DNA of 64,000 nucleotides from Parachlamydiales bacterium (GTDB lineage: Bacteria; Chlamydiota; Chlamydiia; Chlamydiales; JAFEGQ01), in the NCBI GenBank assembly GCA_050250135.1, contig JBFWPF010000006.1, positions 8,971-72,970 on the forward strand. Reading direction: 5' to 3'. Within the stretch, counting starts at the first letter, position 1. The number at the start of each line of letters is the position of its first letter. This document shows positions 17,261 to 27,598 of the stretch, one piece after another. Made by a program: the position numbers and the translations under genes. The notes under the pieces were generated by a model, which ran no database searches, was not told where the DNA came from, and saw nothing but the letters and a program-made list of their open reading frames with translations.

Positions 17261-18445
17261 CCGCTCCAGTCCCCAATCGGCCATCTGCCGCTTTTGGAGG
17301 GCCAGGCTAGGGAGATCGGTTGCGGCCGACTGATCGAAAATCCGGACAATATTCATCCAGTAGAGGAGGGTCTGAAAGGTTAGCTCCTCTGCCGTTGGGG
17401 GTGGAACCTGGGTGGCCCCCATGTAGCTATCATGAAAGGCCTGCTGGAGGACAGCCACTTCGGAGGGGGTAAGGCCGTAAAGCCCCCCAGCCCCCTCTAG
17501 GTTAAAGTAAACAATTAGGTAGTCAATCCAGGGAGAACCCAGAGGGCGCCCCCCCTCTCCAATCGAGTAGTGGAGGGTCTGGAGGTCGATCATCGAGAGC
17601 TGATCAGAGGGGGCGTCGAAGAGCCAGTTGGCCATGTGGCACTCGAGGTGGGCATAGGTGTGGCAGGAGGGACGGGAGGCGAGGGCCTGCTGGTAGGAGC
17701 GGAAGAGGGCCTCACACCTTTTGGGGGAGAGCCTCCCCGGCTGCCGCTCTAGGGCAAGGAGAAAGCGGGAGAGGATCTTCTCCTCCCTCTCAGCAAAGTA
17801 GGGGGCCCTCTCTACGGTGATCTCCATTTTGGCGCTGTGGAGTTCTGCAAGGGCACCGCCGATCCGCTCTACGGCCCGTTTGGCAACCCCTAAGGCCTCC
17901 TCCCGCCGGTCAATGAGGCGCTCCTCTCCCACTCGGTGGATGAGGGTGGTCACCGGCTCTCCGGGGAGGTACTCATAGGCGAGCAAGGAGTACTCCCCAG
18001 CCCGCCCGATCGCCTTCAGGGCGGGCACGCGGGCCTGCTGCAAATGGAGGTGGCCTAAGAGATCTGAGGCGGAGAGCTCAGAGGCAAACCGCTGCCTCTC
18101 GACGTAGGCCTTCACCACATAGCGGTAGAGCCCCTCCCCATTCCGGACAAAGAAGAGGGCATCTCGACTAATCCCATCGCTGATATCGGCTGCCTGCTTT
18201 GCCCGCAGGACGGAGAGGTGGCGCTCAGGAACCTGCTTGCCGAGCATCCGGGCCACACACCCCTCTAGCCCCCCTTTGGAAGTCGTGTCGGGGAGGGCGG
18301 ATGAGAGCTTCGAGAGGATCCGCTCGTCCTGAAGGTGCCCTCGGGTGGCCTGAGAGAGGGCGATGACCCGCTCGACTGGCGTGGCCCCAAAGGGGCGCCA
18401 AGCGAGGCAGAGGAGAAGGGACAATACGAGGAGGGACGTGCGCAT
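17156..18445 (-). CDS. Secreted kinase-like (APH/ChoK-type phosphotransferase fold) protein
   Basis: 429 aa with a signal peptide (MRTSLLVLSLLLCLAWRPFGA). It has lysine-strand-like YRYVVKAY, catalytic-loop-like HLECHMANWLFD (compare HGDLHPGN) and a downstream SMIDLQTL (compare IDxE/D). Its 3' end overlaps the convergent permease gene by 105 nt. Confidence 0.5.
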   Translation of the reverse strand: MRTSLLVLSLLLCLAWRPFGATPVERVIALSQATRGHLQDERILSKLSSALPDTTSKGGLEGCVARMLGKQVPERHLSVLRAKQAADISDGISRDALFFVRNGEGLYRYVVKAYVERQRFASELSASDLLGHLHLQQARVPALKAIGRAGEYSLLAYEYLPGEPVTTLIHRVGEERLIDRREEALGVAKRAVERIGGALAELHSAKMEITVERAPYFAEREEKILSRFLLALERQPGRLSPKRCEALFRSYQQALASRPSCHTYAHLECHMANWLFDAPSDQLSMIDLQTLHYSIGEGGRPLGSPWIDYLIVYFNLEGAGGLYGLTPSEVAVLQQAFHDSYMGATQVPPPTAEELTFQTLLYWMNIVRIFDQSAATDLPSLALQKRQMADWGLERLAQCLDHLVHDNSDGAGQQDREGEPSAGQHIVGL

Positions 18446-18457
18446 CTCAGCCTTTTT

Positions 18458-19303
18458 TTAAGGCAACGGGGGGAGGACAAAGAGTCGGGTAGCCCCTGAA
18501 AGCTCTCCCATCGCGGGGAGGGCTTTGAGGCTGTAGGTGGGGCTCCCCTGATGGATCCGCTTTACCTCCACCACATGACCCACTTCAAGGCCGGCGGGGA
18601 ATACCCCATCAAGCCCTGTCGTCACTAAGAGGTCGCCTAACGCTACCCCCTCTCCTTCAAACCCGATCCCCTCAAGTGCCCTCTGCTTGGAGCGCCAAAG
18701 GGGGTGGGAGGCGCCGCAAAGCTCCCCCTTTCCCCCTTTCGAGGAGTTGGATTCCGTTGTGCCGAAGTGATTTTTCAGCAGCTCGAGGTTTTCTCGCAAG
18801 GGTGAATCGACTGGGAGGGCCTCCTCCACAATCGCAAGGTGGGAGAGGAGTGCCGCCGCCCGCTCCTCTGAGCTCGCTACCTGAACGGAGGGGTGCAACC
18901 GGGAATCGGTTATGAGGCAGACGCGCGAGCGCCTCTTGCCAACGTAGTCGACCACACCGACGAGGGCCTTGCCCAGCACAACGGAACTCCCCTTAGCCAC
19001 ATTGTCGACCTCTCCGACGCCAATCCACAAGGTGCTGTTCCACGAAGTTGGCCCGCGGTAGACAACTGGTGCCCCTAGAGCGGCTCTCCCCCCTCTCGCC
19101 TGCTGTCCCCTCTCCGCCCGCAGCCGCTCCACCTCCTCCTCCAGCGCCCGAACCTTCAGCTCTAGCGGCTCCTCCCCACCCCCTCCCCGTCGAGCAAAGG
19201 CCATTAGGGTCCCACTGCGGATGGGGAGGAGAGCCCGCTCAGGGACCAAAAAGAGGAGAAGGAGGAGGACGAGTAGCAAGAGGGCGCTCTTGGAGAGCTT
19301 CAC
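18458..19303 (-). CDS. mreC: Rod shape-determining protein MreC
   Basis: 281 aa with an N-terminal TM segment, a coiled coil (LKVRALEEEVERLRAERGQ) and an MreC beta-domain motif (GDLLVTTGLDGVFPAGLEVGHVVEV). A 4-nt overlap links it to aspC. Confidence 0.8.
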   Translation of the reverse strand: MKLSKSALLLLVLLLLLFLVPERALLPIRSGTLMAFARRGGGGEEPLELKVRALEEEVERLRAERGQQARGGRAALGAPVVYRGPTSWNSTLWIGVGEVDNVAKGSSVVLGKALVGVVDYVGKRRSRVCLITDSRLHPSVQVASSEERAAALLSHLAIVEEALPVDSPLRENLELLKNHFGTTESNSSKGGKGELCGASHPLWRSKQRALEGIGFEGEGVALGDLLVTTGLDGVFPAGLEVGHVVEVKRIHQGSPTYSLKALPAMGELSGATRLFVLPPLP

Positions 19304-20511
19304 AGCACGTCGGCAATGGCGCCGATCACATAGTCGAGGTTGCCCCGATTGATCCCGGTCACGTTGATCCGCCCGTTAGGGGGCATGTAGAGGGCATACT
19401 TTTCCTGGAGGATCTTCGTTTGCGCTCCCGTAAGGCCGCAGAAAGAGAAGAGCCCCTGCTGCCCCTCAAGAAAGGCAAAGTCCCCCTTATCGCGCAAACC
19501 GTCGATCAGCGCCTGACGCATCTCGTGAATCCGCTTGCGCATACCCTTGATCTCCTCGTGCCAGAGGGCGTTTAGCTCAGGGTCGTTCACCACGGCGGCC
19601 ACCACCCGGGCCCCATGGGCTGGCGGGTTGGAGTAGTTCTCCCGGATCTTTCGCCGCACCTGACTTCCCACCCGATGGGCCTCCTCAGGGCTTTGCGTCA
19701 TGATGAAAAGGGCACCGACCCGTTCCGCGTAGAGGGAGAAGTTCTTCGAGTAGGAGTAGCAGAGGATCGACTCGATCTCTTCGGCAACAAAGTGACGCAA
19801 AGCGAAGGGGTCCTCATCCATCGTGTGGCCAAACCCCTGATAGGCGCAGTCGAATAGAGGGATGAGCCCCTGCTCCTTCACCACCGCCGCAATCTTCCGC
19901 CACTGGTCGGGACTCGGGTCGACTCCGGTCGGGTTGTGGCAGCAGAGGTGGAAGAGGATGACACTCCCTGCCCTCATCCCCTTCAAAGCCTTGATCAATG
20001 GGTCAAAGGCGAGGCGCCGCTTTTCCTGGTCGTAGTAGGGGTAGGAGACCGTCTTCAAACGGCAAGCCGAAAAGATCCCGTAGTGGTTGGCCCAGCTCGG
20101 GTCGGGAAGGTAGATCTCCTCCTTACCGAGGGTCCGTTGCAAAAACTCCCCGACCACTCGGAGGGCGCCACTCCCCCCAACCATTTGGCCGCCATAGATC
20201 CGCCCCGCCTTTAGCTGCGGGCACTCCTTTCCGAAGGCGATCTCCGCAGTCCGGCGGATAAACTCGGGGTCGCCATCGATCGGCAGGTAGGACTTTGTCC
20301 TCCCCTCTGCCGCCAGCCGCTTTTCAGCCTCCTGCACACACCTCAACACAGGGACCTTAAGCTGCTCATTGCGGAAAACACCGACCCCTAAGCTCACCTT
20401 ATTGGGCCTAGGATCAGCTGCAAAGGTGGCCGACAGACCGAAGATTGTATCTGGGGGGATCTCCTCCACCCCTGCGTAGGCCCCCATCAGCGTGCCCTCC
20501 CGGGCTGACAT
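19300..20511 (-). CDS. aspC: Aspartate/aromatic amino acid aminotransferase (class I)
   Basis: 403 aa with the PLP-lysine motif SYSKNFSLYAERVG and full-length AspC/TyrB-like sequence. Confidence 0.9.
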   Translation of the reverse strand: MSAREGTLMGAYAGVEEIPPDTIFGLSATFAADPRPNKVSLGVGVFRNEQLKVPVLRCVQEAEKRLAAEGRTKSYLPIDGDPEFIRRTAEIAFGKECPQLKAGRIYGGQMVGGSGALRVVGEFLQRTLGKEEIYLPDPSWANHYGIFSACRLKTVSYPYYDQEKRRLAFDPLIKALKGMRAGSVILFHLCCHNPTGVDPSPDQWRKIAAVVKEQGLIPLFDCAYQGFGHTMDEDPFALRHFVAEEIESILCYSYSKNFSLYAERVGALFIMTQSPEEAHRVGSQVRRKIRENYSNPPAHGARVVAAVVNDPELNALWHEEIKGMRKRIHEMRQALIDGLRDKGDFAFLEGQQGLFSFCGLTGAQTKILQEKYALYMPPNGRINVTGINRGNLDYVIGAIADVL

Positions 20512-20555
20512 TATCAGGTTTCCCCTTTTTCAGCGGTAGTGTATAGAGCCCCTAG

Positions 20556-21038
20556 ATGGCCATCCTCTACCTTATCCTTGTTTTTGCCCTGATCACCGGC
20601 TCAGTCCACCTGATCCTGGCTAAGCGCCCCTACCCTCCCGGCCGTGTCTGGGAGGTCTATCTCCTAAGTTTTTTCTTTTGGATTGGGATCGACTGCCTTG
20701 TAAGCGCCTTTGGCCATATCTACCCCCCGCAGGCGGCCTACCTCGCCGAGCAGATCGGCTTTGCCCCCAGCTTTTTCCAATACGAAGTCGGCATTGCCAA
20801 CCTAGCCGTCGGGGTCCTGTGCCTTATGGCCTTAGGGATCCGGGACCACTTTTGGCTTGCCACCGTCGTCGCCCTCTCGATCTGGTACCTCGGCGACGGG
20901 GTCGGCCACATCATCCAGCTCACCGCCTTCGACAACCATGCCCCGGGCAACGCGGGCGCTCCCCTCGTCCTCGACTTCCTTCTCCCAGCGATCACCCTCC
21001 TCCTCTACCTGCTTGTCAAAACCCGCCGAGTCGAGTAA
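20556..21038 (+). CDS. Hypothetical integral membrane protein (about 4-5 TM)
   Basis: A 160-aa hydrophobic ORF with no recognised family. Confidence 0.5.
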   Translation: MAILYLILVFALITGSVHLILAKRPYPPGRVWEVYLLSFFFWIGIDCLVSAFGHIYPPQAAYLAEQIGFAPSFFQYEVGIANLAVGVLCLMALGIRDHFWLATVVALSIWYLGDGVGHIIQLTAFDNHAPGNAGAPLVLDFLLPAITLLLYLLVKTRRVE

Positions 21039-21058
21039 TATGCCTTCACCCGACTGTT

Positions 21059-21131
21059 GGGGCGTTAGCTCAGTTGGTAGAGCGCAACAATGGCATTGTT
21101 GAGGTCAGCGGTTCGACCCCGCTACGCTCCA
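21059..21131 (+). tRNA. tRNA-Ala (anticodon GGC)
   Basis: A 73-nt cloverleaf. Acceptor stem is GGGGCGT/ACGCTCC and includes the G3:U70 alanine identity pair. The anticodon loop is ATGGCAT and the T-arm AGCGG-TTCGACC-CCGCT. Confidence 0.92.
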
Positions 21132-21150
21132 TTCCAAATAAAATATTTAA

Positions 21151-21184
21151 TATAATATCACAATAGTCGCTATTCTGCTATAAT
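21151..21184 (+). promoter_or_regulatory. Candidate promoter(s) for the 21208 gene in an AT-rich gap
   Basis: There are two TATAAT hexamers (21151-21156 and 21179-21184). A weak -35 (TATCAC/ATCACA) lies 16-17 nt upstream of the second. The ATG is at 21208. Confidence 0.3.
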
Positions 21185-21207
21185 GGTTTTTCAAACAGGA
21201 AAAACAA

Positions 21208-23220
21208 ATGAATACTATGAGCCCCTGTGAGTTAGGGGAGAGATCCCTTGCGTGGCATAGGAGCGCGCGAGGGTTTGGCTACCTCTCGGCGGGAGCAACG
21301 CTAGCCCTCCTCATCTGCATGGGCAAGGGCTTCCAGCACCGTTTTGAGCACCCCTGGGGAAAAAGGGCGATAACGGCGTTGCTAGCTGGGGTTAGCCTAG
21401 GAGCTGCATCGGCCCTTGCCCAGTGGCGCGCCCGGGAGGACTGGGATGCCTTTAATCAAAGACGGGGTGAGGTGGCGCCCGCCCCGCCCCCCAACGAGGT
21501 GCCCAAGGAGCCGCCCACATTCCCTTACATTCGCGAGAGCGGGCTCGTAGGCGGCAGGGGCTCCCTAAAAAAGCTCTGCGCGAAAGCGATTTTCCTGAAG
21601 GGGTGGCCCGAGTCAGAGGTACCGCTAAATAAGGAACTCCCCGAAGATCTAATCGAGTATCTCTTCCCTCTGGCCGATTTGCTCAAGTCTAAGCAGACGG
21701 CCTACCTTGTGACCAAGCTCTCCCAGAGGGCCCAGTTTAGCCTCCACTGTTCCGACTCAAGTGTTCTGGAAGCCATAGCCACCTATCACCCCCACGTCAC
21801 CTGTCTAGAGCTCTTGTCTTCCCTATCCACTGATGGAGTGGCGGCGATTGGGAAGATGAAAGAGTTGAAGCTGCTCAAGATCAGCGAGGGTGGAGACTTT
21901 GCCTCCCTGACCATAGGCCCTTCACTCCGCTATTTGGCGTTGGGGTCGATTGTAAGTCCTCTCACTCTAGCACTGAACGGGGAGAGGGAATGTCCGCTTA
22001 TCGACGCCCATCCCCATCTGCAGGTTTTTATCCTTAGGGGAAGCACTATTACCCTGGGTAAGGGATTTTTGCCCTATTTGCTTAGCCACACCCCCGCTCT
22101 ACTTACGTTAAGTATCCACCCGTGGAACAGGGGTAAACTCGAGACATCGGATACCGAGTTTGGGGATCTGCTCTATTCCCACCCCTCGCTACAGAAATGT
22201 GATGTGCCCCCCCTCCTCCTTGAGAATATGACCCGAGCGGGAAGAGAGGACCTAATCGCGCAGGCAAAGTCCCCTAATCGATCCTACTCGAAGCTGCGCT
22301 CCCTGTGCATTTCTAAGTTTAACCGACGCTACCCCTCTTTCGGCACAACCCTCAACTGGGAACGGCTTCCCTACCTCGAGACGCTCGATCTGGGGGGCTT
22401 ACAGGAGATGAGTGCCCAGGCGCTTCCGATCGCCCTTCGCCATTGCCCCTCGCTTGCTACGCTAATTACGGCCGAGCTGCCCACCGAAGAGGGCTTGGGT
22501 GCGATCCCACCCCGCTCCCTCCCCTTAAAGAGCCTCTCCCTCTCCGGAAAGCCTCTACACTCACTGGCCCCCCTCCTAAAGAGGGTTGCCGCTCTTGAGA
22601 CCCTCTATGCTGAGTCCGACCTCAGGGGAGACGACCCAGGACTCGATGAGCTCCTCAATCAGTCGACTCTTAAAAAAGTTGACCTCTCTCGTTCCTCAAA
22701 ATGGAACCGTGAGAGTTGGGTAGGTGCCCTCTTTCAAAAGAACGGGCAACTCGAGAAATTTGCCTTTCTGGGAGGGCTGGGTGACACCGCCCTTTCTCAG
22801 ATCATTCTGCACGGGCAAAAGCTCGAGGAGCTAAAGGTCTACGCAAATCCCAGTAGCCCCAATTGGGCCCCAGCGAACAAGACCCTTCCTGTCAGAGAAC
22901 TTACCCTCCTCTACCCGAGTGGAGATCTCTCCCAGCTTTTCGCAGCCTGCCCCAACGTGGAGAACCTAACACTCGGTTGGCCCAAGGGGCTCGATCTGGC
23001 GACACTCCATGTCCCTGCCGCGAAAAACCTTTACCTCACGGTGGAGGATGCGCAATTCGACAACGCGCTGAACTTTGTCAAGCAGGTCGTTCCCCACGAT
23101 CAGCTACACCAGATCTCCGTCAGCAGACAGCAGCAATCTCAACTAGATAAAAGCACATGGGAAAAGGAGCGGAAGGCCCTTGCCCACATCGAGCACGTTT
23201 ACATCGATCCCGGCTGGTAA
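21208..23220 (+). CDS. Membrane-anchored leucine-rich-repeat (RNI/FBXL-like) protein; candidate Inc-type or secreted effector
   Basis: 670 aa. Two N-terminal hydrophobic segments are separated by a short loop (FGYLSAGATLALLICMG ... AITALLAGVSLGAASALA). A long array of about 25-28-aa Leu-rich repeats follows (e.g. CPSLATLITAEL..., LKSLSLSGKPLHSLAPLL, LEELKVYAN). The gene is AT-richer than the backbone. Confidence 0.6.
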   Translation: MNTMSPCELGERSLAWHRSARGFGYLSAGATLALLICMGKGFQHRFEHPWGKRAITALLAGVSLGAASALAQWRAREDWDAFNQRRGEVAPAPPPNEVPKEPPTFPYIRESGLVGGRGSLKKLCAKAIFLKGWPESEVPLNKELPEDLIEYLFPLADLLKSKQTAYLVTKLSQRAQFSLHCSDSSVLEAIATYHPHVTCLELLSSLSTDGVAAIGKMKELKLLKISEGGDFASLTIGPSLRYLALGSIVSPLTLALNGERECPLIDAHPHLQVFILRGSTITLGKGFLPYLLSHTPALLTLSIHPWNRGKLETSDTEFGDLLYSHPSLQKCDVPPLLLENMTRAGREDLIAQAKSPNRSYSKLRSLCISKFNRRYPSFGTTLNWERLPYLETLDLGGLQEMSAQALPIALRHCPSLATLITAELPTEEGLGAIPPRSLPLKSLSLSGKPLHSLAPLLKRVAALETLYAESDLRGDDPGLDELLNQSTLKKVDLSRSSKWNRESWVGALFQKNGQLEKFAFLGGLGDTALSQIILHGQKLEELKVYANPSSPNWAPANKTLPVRELTLLYPSGDLSQLFAACPNVENLTLGWPKGLDLATLHVPAAKNLYLTVEDAQFDNALNFVKQVVPHDQLHQISVSRQQQSQLDKSTWEKERKALAHIEHVYIDPGW

Positions 23221-25274
23221 AACCGCGAAATCACCTCGTGGAGGGTGCTCCTGCCTTCGCACGCGATGCGGCAGGGGGGGAGGCTCTCTAAGAACCAGCG
23301 GCCGTAGGCCTTGGTCTTAAGGCGGGTGTCGAGGCAGAGGATACAGCCCCGATCCTGATGGTGACGAATCAGTCTGCCAAATCCCTGTTTAAATTTTACA
23401 ATGGCCTGCGGGACGGTGTACTGGGTAAAGGGATCGCCGCCGCCATCAGCAATGGCGGAGAGGCGGGCCTGGACGATCGGCTCGGTCGGCACCTGAAAAG
23501 GGAGCTTGGCGAGGATGACTAGGCGGAGAGCGTTGCCGATCACATCGACCCCCTCCCAAAAGGAATCGGTCCCAAAAAGGATGCTGTTCTCCTGAGAGCG
23601 GAACCGCTCGAGGAGGGTACTCCGCTCAAGCTCCCCTTGGCGAAGGACCGGGTAACCCTCGGCCTCTAGGAGACCCTTGAGTTCGTCATGGCAGGTCCGG
23701 AGCATTCGGAACGAGGTAAAGAGGACAAAGGCGCCGCCGCGGGAGGCCCGAAGGGCCTGGAGGATCGCCTGGGAGGCGGCCCGGTCAAAGGTGGGGTCAT
23801 TCGGAGCGGGCATATCGGCAGGGACGACGAGGAGGGCCTGCTCCTCGTAGGAGAAGGGGGAGTCGAAGATCGCCTCCACCACCTCCCGGTCGGCAAGGCC
23901 AAGGCGCTGCCGGATAAAGGAGAAGTCTCGGGAGGTGGTGAGGGTGGCGCTGGTGAGGATTACCGTGGGGATCGACTTGAAGAGGCGCTCTGAGAGGAGC
24001 TCCGAGATGTCGAGGCGGGCCGAGACGAGGGCCGCCTGGACAAACCCCTTGGAGTTGAAGGCCTCAATCCAGCGGACCTCGTCGGGAGAGAGCTCATCAA
24101 AGGTGAACTTTTTGAGGGCGCTAGAGTGGTGCTCGATCCGGGCCGCAAAGGCCTTGAGCTCCTCACCCTTCCCCTTGGCCACGTGGTCGATGTCGGCTTC
24201 GAGGGAGCGGAGAGCGGTTGAGAAGGCCTCCATCCGGTCGACAATCCCCTCCACGGCCGGGATGAGAGTGTTGCGCCAGTAGCTATGCTCCAAATGGGCC
24301 GGCTCTAAACGCTGCTTCTCTTGGCTCAGAAACTGGGCGAAGAGGTGGAAGAGGTCGTTAAGGTCACCCACAAGCCTCTTTTTCTCCGCAGGGAGCTCCC
24401 ACGAGACCCGGTCAATGAGGGCGTGAGGGGCCTCAAGGGCGCGCAGCTGCCGCTCAAGGGTGGGGAGCTTGCCCAGGCGGGTCGCCCCTTTGTCCTGTAT
24501 GAGGCGGCCGAGAAGCTTGATCCACTCAAAGCGGGAGAGGCGGATCGCCCAGGATTCGGTTGCGACCTCTTCGAGGTGGTGGGCCTCATCGAGGATCAGG
24601 ACATCGTAGTCGGGGAGTATTCCCCCCTCATCGCTCTCGGCCTTAAGGGCAAGGTCGGCTAAGAGGAGGTGGTGGTTGACGACCAGCACCTGCGCCTCCT
24701 TGGCCGCCTCACGGGCGCTCATGAAGAAGCATTCCTTATAATGGGGGCACCGCTTGCCTGGACAGAGGTCGAGCTCGGCCCCCACCCGTTCCCAGGTCGC
24801 CCCTGAGGGGACGATAGGGAGGTCCGAGCGGGAGCCGTCCTCGCTCTTTTGGGCCCACCCCTCGATCTGGGAAAGCTCCTCCGCTTCATCGGGAGGAAAG
24901 CTCCCCTTCTCGGCCGAAGCCTCGCTTAACTTCTTGAGACAGAGATAGTTATACATCCCCTTAACCAGCACGACCTTGAGGTCGGCGTTTAGGGCTTTGA
25001 GGAGGAAGGGGAGGTCCTTGTCGACCAGCTGCTGCTGAAGGTTGATCGTGTGGGTCGAGATGACAATCCGCTTCTGCTGATTGAGGGCGGCGAGGAGGGC
25101 AGGGGCGCCGTAAGCCAGCGTCTTGCCCGTGCCTGTGCCCGCTTCGATGAGGGCGGTCTGCCCCCGCTCAATGGCTGCTTTGACAATCGCCGCCATCTGC
25201 TGCTGCTGGGGACGGGGCTCGTAGTGGGGGAGGTGCTTGCTGATCGGGCCGCCCGGCTCGAAGGGGCCCATCAC
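23199..25274 (-). CDS. dinG: ATP-dependent DNA helicase DinG (XPD/Rad3 family)
   Basis: 691 aa with Walker [12 protein letters not shown], a DEAH box ([10 protein letters not shown]) and an Fe-S cluster Cys set (NYLCLKK ... [12 protein letters not shown]). Confidence 0.85.
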   Translation of the reverse strand: MMGPFEPGGPISKHLPHYEPRPQQQQMAAIVKAAIERGQTALIEAGTGTGKTLAYGAPALLAALNQQKRIVISTHTINLQQQLVDKDLPFLLKALNADLKVVLVKGMYNYLCLKKLSEASAEKGSFPPDEAEELSQIEGWAQKSEDGSRSDLPIVPSGATWERVGAELDLCPGKRCPHYKECFFMSAREAAKEAQVLVVNHHLLLADLALKAESDEGGILPDYDVLILDEAHHLEEVATESWAIRLSRFEWIKLLGRLIQDKGATRLGKLPTLERQLRALEAPHALIDRVSWELPAEKKRLVGDLNDLFHLFAQFLSQEKQRLEPAHLEHSYWRNTLIPAVEGIVDRMEAFSTALRSLEADIDHVAKGKGEELKAFAARIEHHSSALKKFTFDELSPDEVRWIEAFNSKGFVQAALVSARLDISELLSERLFKSIPTVILTSATLTTSRDFSFIRQRLGLADREVVEAIFDSPFSYEEQALLVVPADMPAPNDPTFDRAASQAILQALRASRGGAFVLFTSFRMLRTCHDELKGLLEAEGYPVLRQGELERSTLLERFRSQENSILFGTDSFWEGVDVIGNALRLVILAKLPFQVPTEPIVQARLSAIADGGGDPFTQYTVPQAIVKFKQGFGRLIRHHQDRGCILCLDTRLKTKAYGRWFLESLPPCRIACEGRSTLHEVISRFYQPGSM

Positions 25275-26935
25275 TCCGCTTCCAGCAGATCGAGGAAGGC
25301 CTTGAGGTGTTTGGAGCGGGTCGGGTGGCGCATCTTCCGAAGGGCCTTGGCCTCGATCTGGCGGATCCGCTCTCGCGTCACCCCAAACTCGGTCCCCACA
25401 TCCTCAAGCGTTTTGGGCTTCCCATCGAGGAGGCCAAACCGCTCTTCGAGGACCTTTCGCTCCCGCGGCGTGAGGGTGGCCAGGACATCGGCCATCCGGT
25501 CCTTGAGGATCGCATAGCCGGTCGCCTCCGCAGGCGATTCAACCGCCGTATCCTCGATAAAGTCCCCAAACTGGCTCTCGCCCCCATCGCCCACTTCGGC
25601 CTGCAGGGAGATTGGGTGCTGGGCGATCTTGTAGATCTCCCGGACCCGGTCGGCGGTTATCCCCAGCTCCTCAGCGAGCTCCTCCGGGGTCGGCTCCCGC
25701 CCACTCTCCATCATCAGCTTTTTTGCCGCGCGCAGCACCCGATTGATCGTCTCGATCATGTGGACCGGGATCCGGATCGTCCTCGCCTGATCGGCGATTG
25801 CCCGGGTAACCGCCTGCCGGATCCACCAGGTGGCGTAGGTGGAGAACTTGTAGCCGCGGCGGTACTCGAATTTCTCGACCGCCTTCATCAGCCCCATGTT
25901 CCCCTCTTGGATCAGGTCGAGGAAAGAGAGGCCCCGGTTGGTGTACTTTTTCGCAATGGAGATCACGAGCCGCAGGTTCGACTCGACCATCTCCCGCTTG
26001 GCCTCCATGCTCTTATCAAACCAGCGCTGGAGCATCCGGACATCTTTACGGAACTCATCGAGGGTCCTCCCCGCCGCCAGCTCCCGCTTCTTTAGCTTCC
26101 GCTCGGCAGCGGCCAGCTTTGCCGCCGCATACTTGTTCTTCTCAGCTCGGGGCGCCCGCTCCTTGATCTCCTGTTCGAGGGCGAGGAACCGCTCGTAGGA
26201 GCGGAGGATCACCTCGGAAAAATCTTCGATAACATTGTGCTTGAAGTGGAAGCGGCGCAGGTAGGCCTGAGTGCGGATCCTCCCCTTCTCGATCTCCTCT
26301 TGGATCTTCGCTTGGTCCCCCTTCTTCAGCTTGGGGCTCAGGAGGGAAAGGAGCTGCCCCTGCATCAGCCGATCCTCCTCCTCCAGCAGATCGCACAGCT
26401 TGGGGAGTTGCTTGAGGAAGGCTGCCTTGTCGGCGATCTCCTTTTCGGCGACCACCTTGTCGAACCGCTCCTTCCCTAGCGCGACGGTGCGGCCGATCGA
26501 GATCGCCTCGCGAGCCGAGTAGCGCATCCGCATGATGATCTTCTCGATCTGCATCTGCGCCTTCTCGATCCGCTTGGAGATCTCGACCTCCTCCTCGCGA
26601 GTCAGGAGGGGGACCGACCCCATCTCCTTGAGGTACATCCGGACCGGATCGTCAGGAGAGCCCTCCCCGCGCCTCGAAGCCCCCTCGAGCTCCTTGACCT
26701 CTTTTTTCCGCTCCTTCTGCCGGTCGACCTCGCTCTGGTTGAGGATCTGGACATCCATCCCGCTCAAGTAAATGAGGACCTGATCCAGCGTATCGGCCGA
26801 ATCAAAGGTCATCGGGAGGATCTCGTTGATCTCCTCGTAGGTGAGGTACCCTTGGTCTTTTGCGACTTGAACGAGCTCTTCTATCTTAGCCTGTGCTTGT
26901 TGGCTAAAATCGCCCGACGATTGGGATTGGGACAT
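25271..26935 (-). CDS. rpoD: Primary RNA polymerase sigma factor (sigma-70/sigma-66)
   Basis: Regions 2-4 are clearly present ([28 protein letters not shown]; [29 protein letters not shown]). I place the start at the ATG at 26935 ([10 protein letters not shown]..., 554 aa), not the track's 27493. The upstream 186 codons look non-coding and overlap a real plus-strand gene. Confidence 0.9.
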   Translation of the reverse strand: MSQSQSSGDFSQQAQAKIEELVQVAKDQGYLTYEEINEILPMTFDSADTLDQVLIYLSGMDVQILNQSEVDRQKERKKEVKELEGASRRGEGSPDDPVRMYLKEMGSVPLLTREEEVEISKRIEKAQMQIEKIIMRMRYSAREAISIGRTVALGKERFDKVVAEKEIADKAAFLKQLPKLCDLLEEEDRLMQGQLLSLLSPKLKKGDQAKIQEEIEKGRIRTQAYLRRFHFKHNVIEDFSEVILRSYERFLALEQEIKERAPRAEKNKYAAAKLAAAERKLKKRELAAGRTLDEFRKDVRMLQRWFDKSMEAKREMVESNLRLVISIAKKYTNRGLSFLDLIQEGNMGLMKAVEKFEYRRGYKFSTYATWWIRQAVTRAIADQARTIRIPVHMIETINRVLRAAKKLMMESGREPTPEELAEELGITADRVREIYKIAQHPISLQAEVGDGGESQFGDFIEDTAVESPAEATGYAILKDRMADVLATLTPRERKVLEERFGLLDGKPKTLEDVGTEFGVTRERIRQIEAKALRKMRHPTRSKHLKAFLDLLEAE

Positions 26936-27019
26936 GGCGTGCTTGGCTGAAATTGAGGTTAGGGTACCCTCTACCCGAATTGTTGCAAACGGTTCAAGAT
27001 ATTCAAGTAAATAATTTTT

Positions 27020-27598
27020 ATGCACTGGACCCTTCACAGCGCTGTACAGGACCGCCTCCAGCGGTTGCTTGGAAGAAAGAACGCCTTTACTGAGCACCCC
27101 TTTGAGGAGATGGGGCGGATAGGGGACCTTTACTGGCGGACCCAGAAGATCGTCTTTGAAATCCAGGTCTCTCCTATCCACCCTTTGGAGGTTGCTGCTC
27201 GCACTGAAGCCTACAACCGGATTGGCATCGGGGTGGTCTGGATCCTCCACGACTCCCTCTACAACCGGCGCCGCCTTACGGGAACCGAGCTCTACCTTCA
27301 GGGGAGGCTCCACTACTACACCAACATCGACCGTTGGGGGCGGGGAGAATTTTACGATGTGGCCAAGCAGGTTCACAACGGGAAGGTGATCGCCGCCTCT
27401 CCCCGCTTTCCGGTCCGCCTCAACCGGTACATGAAATTTCCCCACCCCCATTTCGAGCGGGACCACCACTTTTATGGGTGGACCGAGCACCACTTTCGGA
27501 AAGGCGAGGGGATGCGCTCTCTAGTCAGCTCCAACCCCTACCGCCGCCTTCTCGACCACCTCATCCGGGAGGCGTGTGCGGAAGCCGATAGAGGATAG
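27020..27598 (+). CDS. CoiA-like competence/nuclease family protein (short form)
   Basis: 192 aa. [48 protein letters not shown] matches the CoiA core pattern (..aDv.....vIEiQ.S.i......eRt..Y...g..viWil). Confidence 0.55.
   Translation: MHWTLHSAVQDRLQRLLGRKNAFTEHPFEEMGRIGDLYWRTQKIVFEIQVSPIHPLEVAARTEAYNRIGIGVVWILHDSLYNRRRLTGTELYLQGRLHYYTNIDRWGRGEFYDVAKQVHNGKVIAASPRFPVRLNRYMKFPHPHFERDHHFYGWTEHHFRKGEGMRSLVSSNPYRRLLDHLIREACAEADRG

Noticed and set aside
20678-21166. A 162-aa plus-strand ORF running through tRNA-Ala.
   Set aside because: It is out of frame with the membrane protein gene and reads across a well-folded tRNA gene. Its product is Arg/Pro-rich noise.
26936-27493. A 186-codon N-terminal extension of the rpoD ORF in the track (start at 27493).
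   Set aside because: The extension has no sigma-factor similarity and overlaps the plus-strand CoiA-like gene. The sigma region 1-like sequence begins at the Met at 26935.
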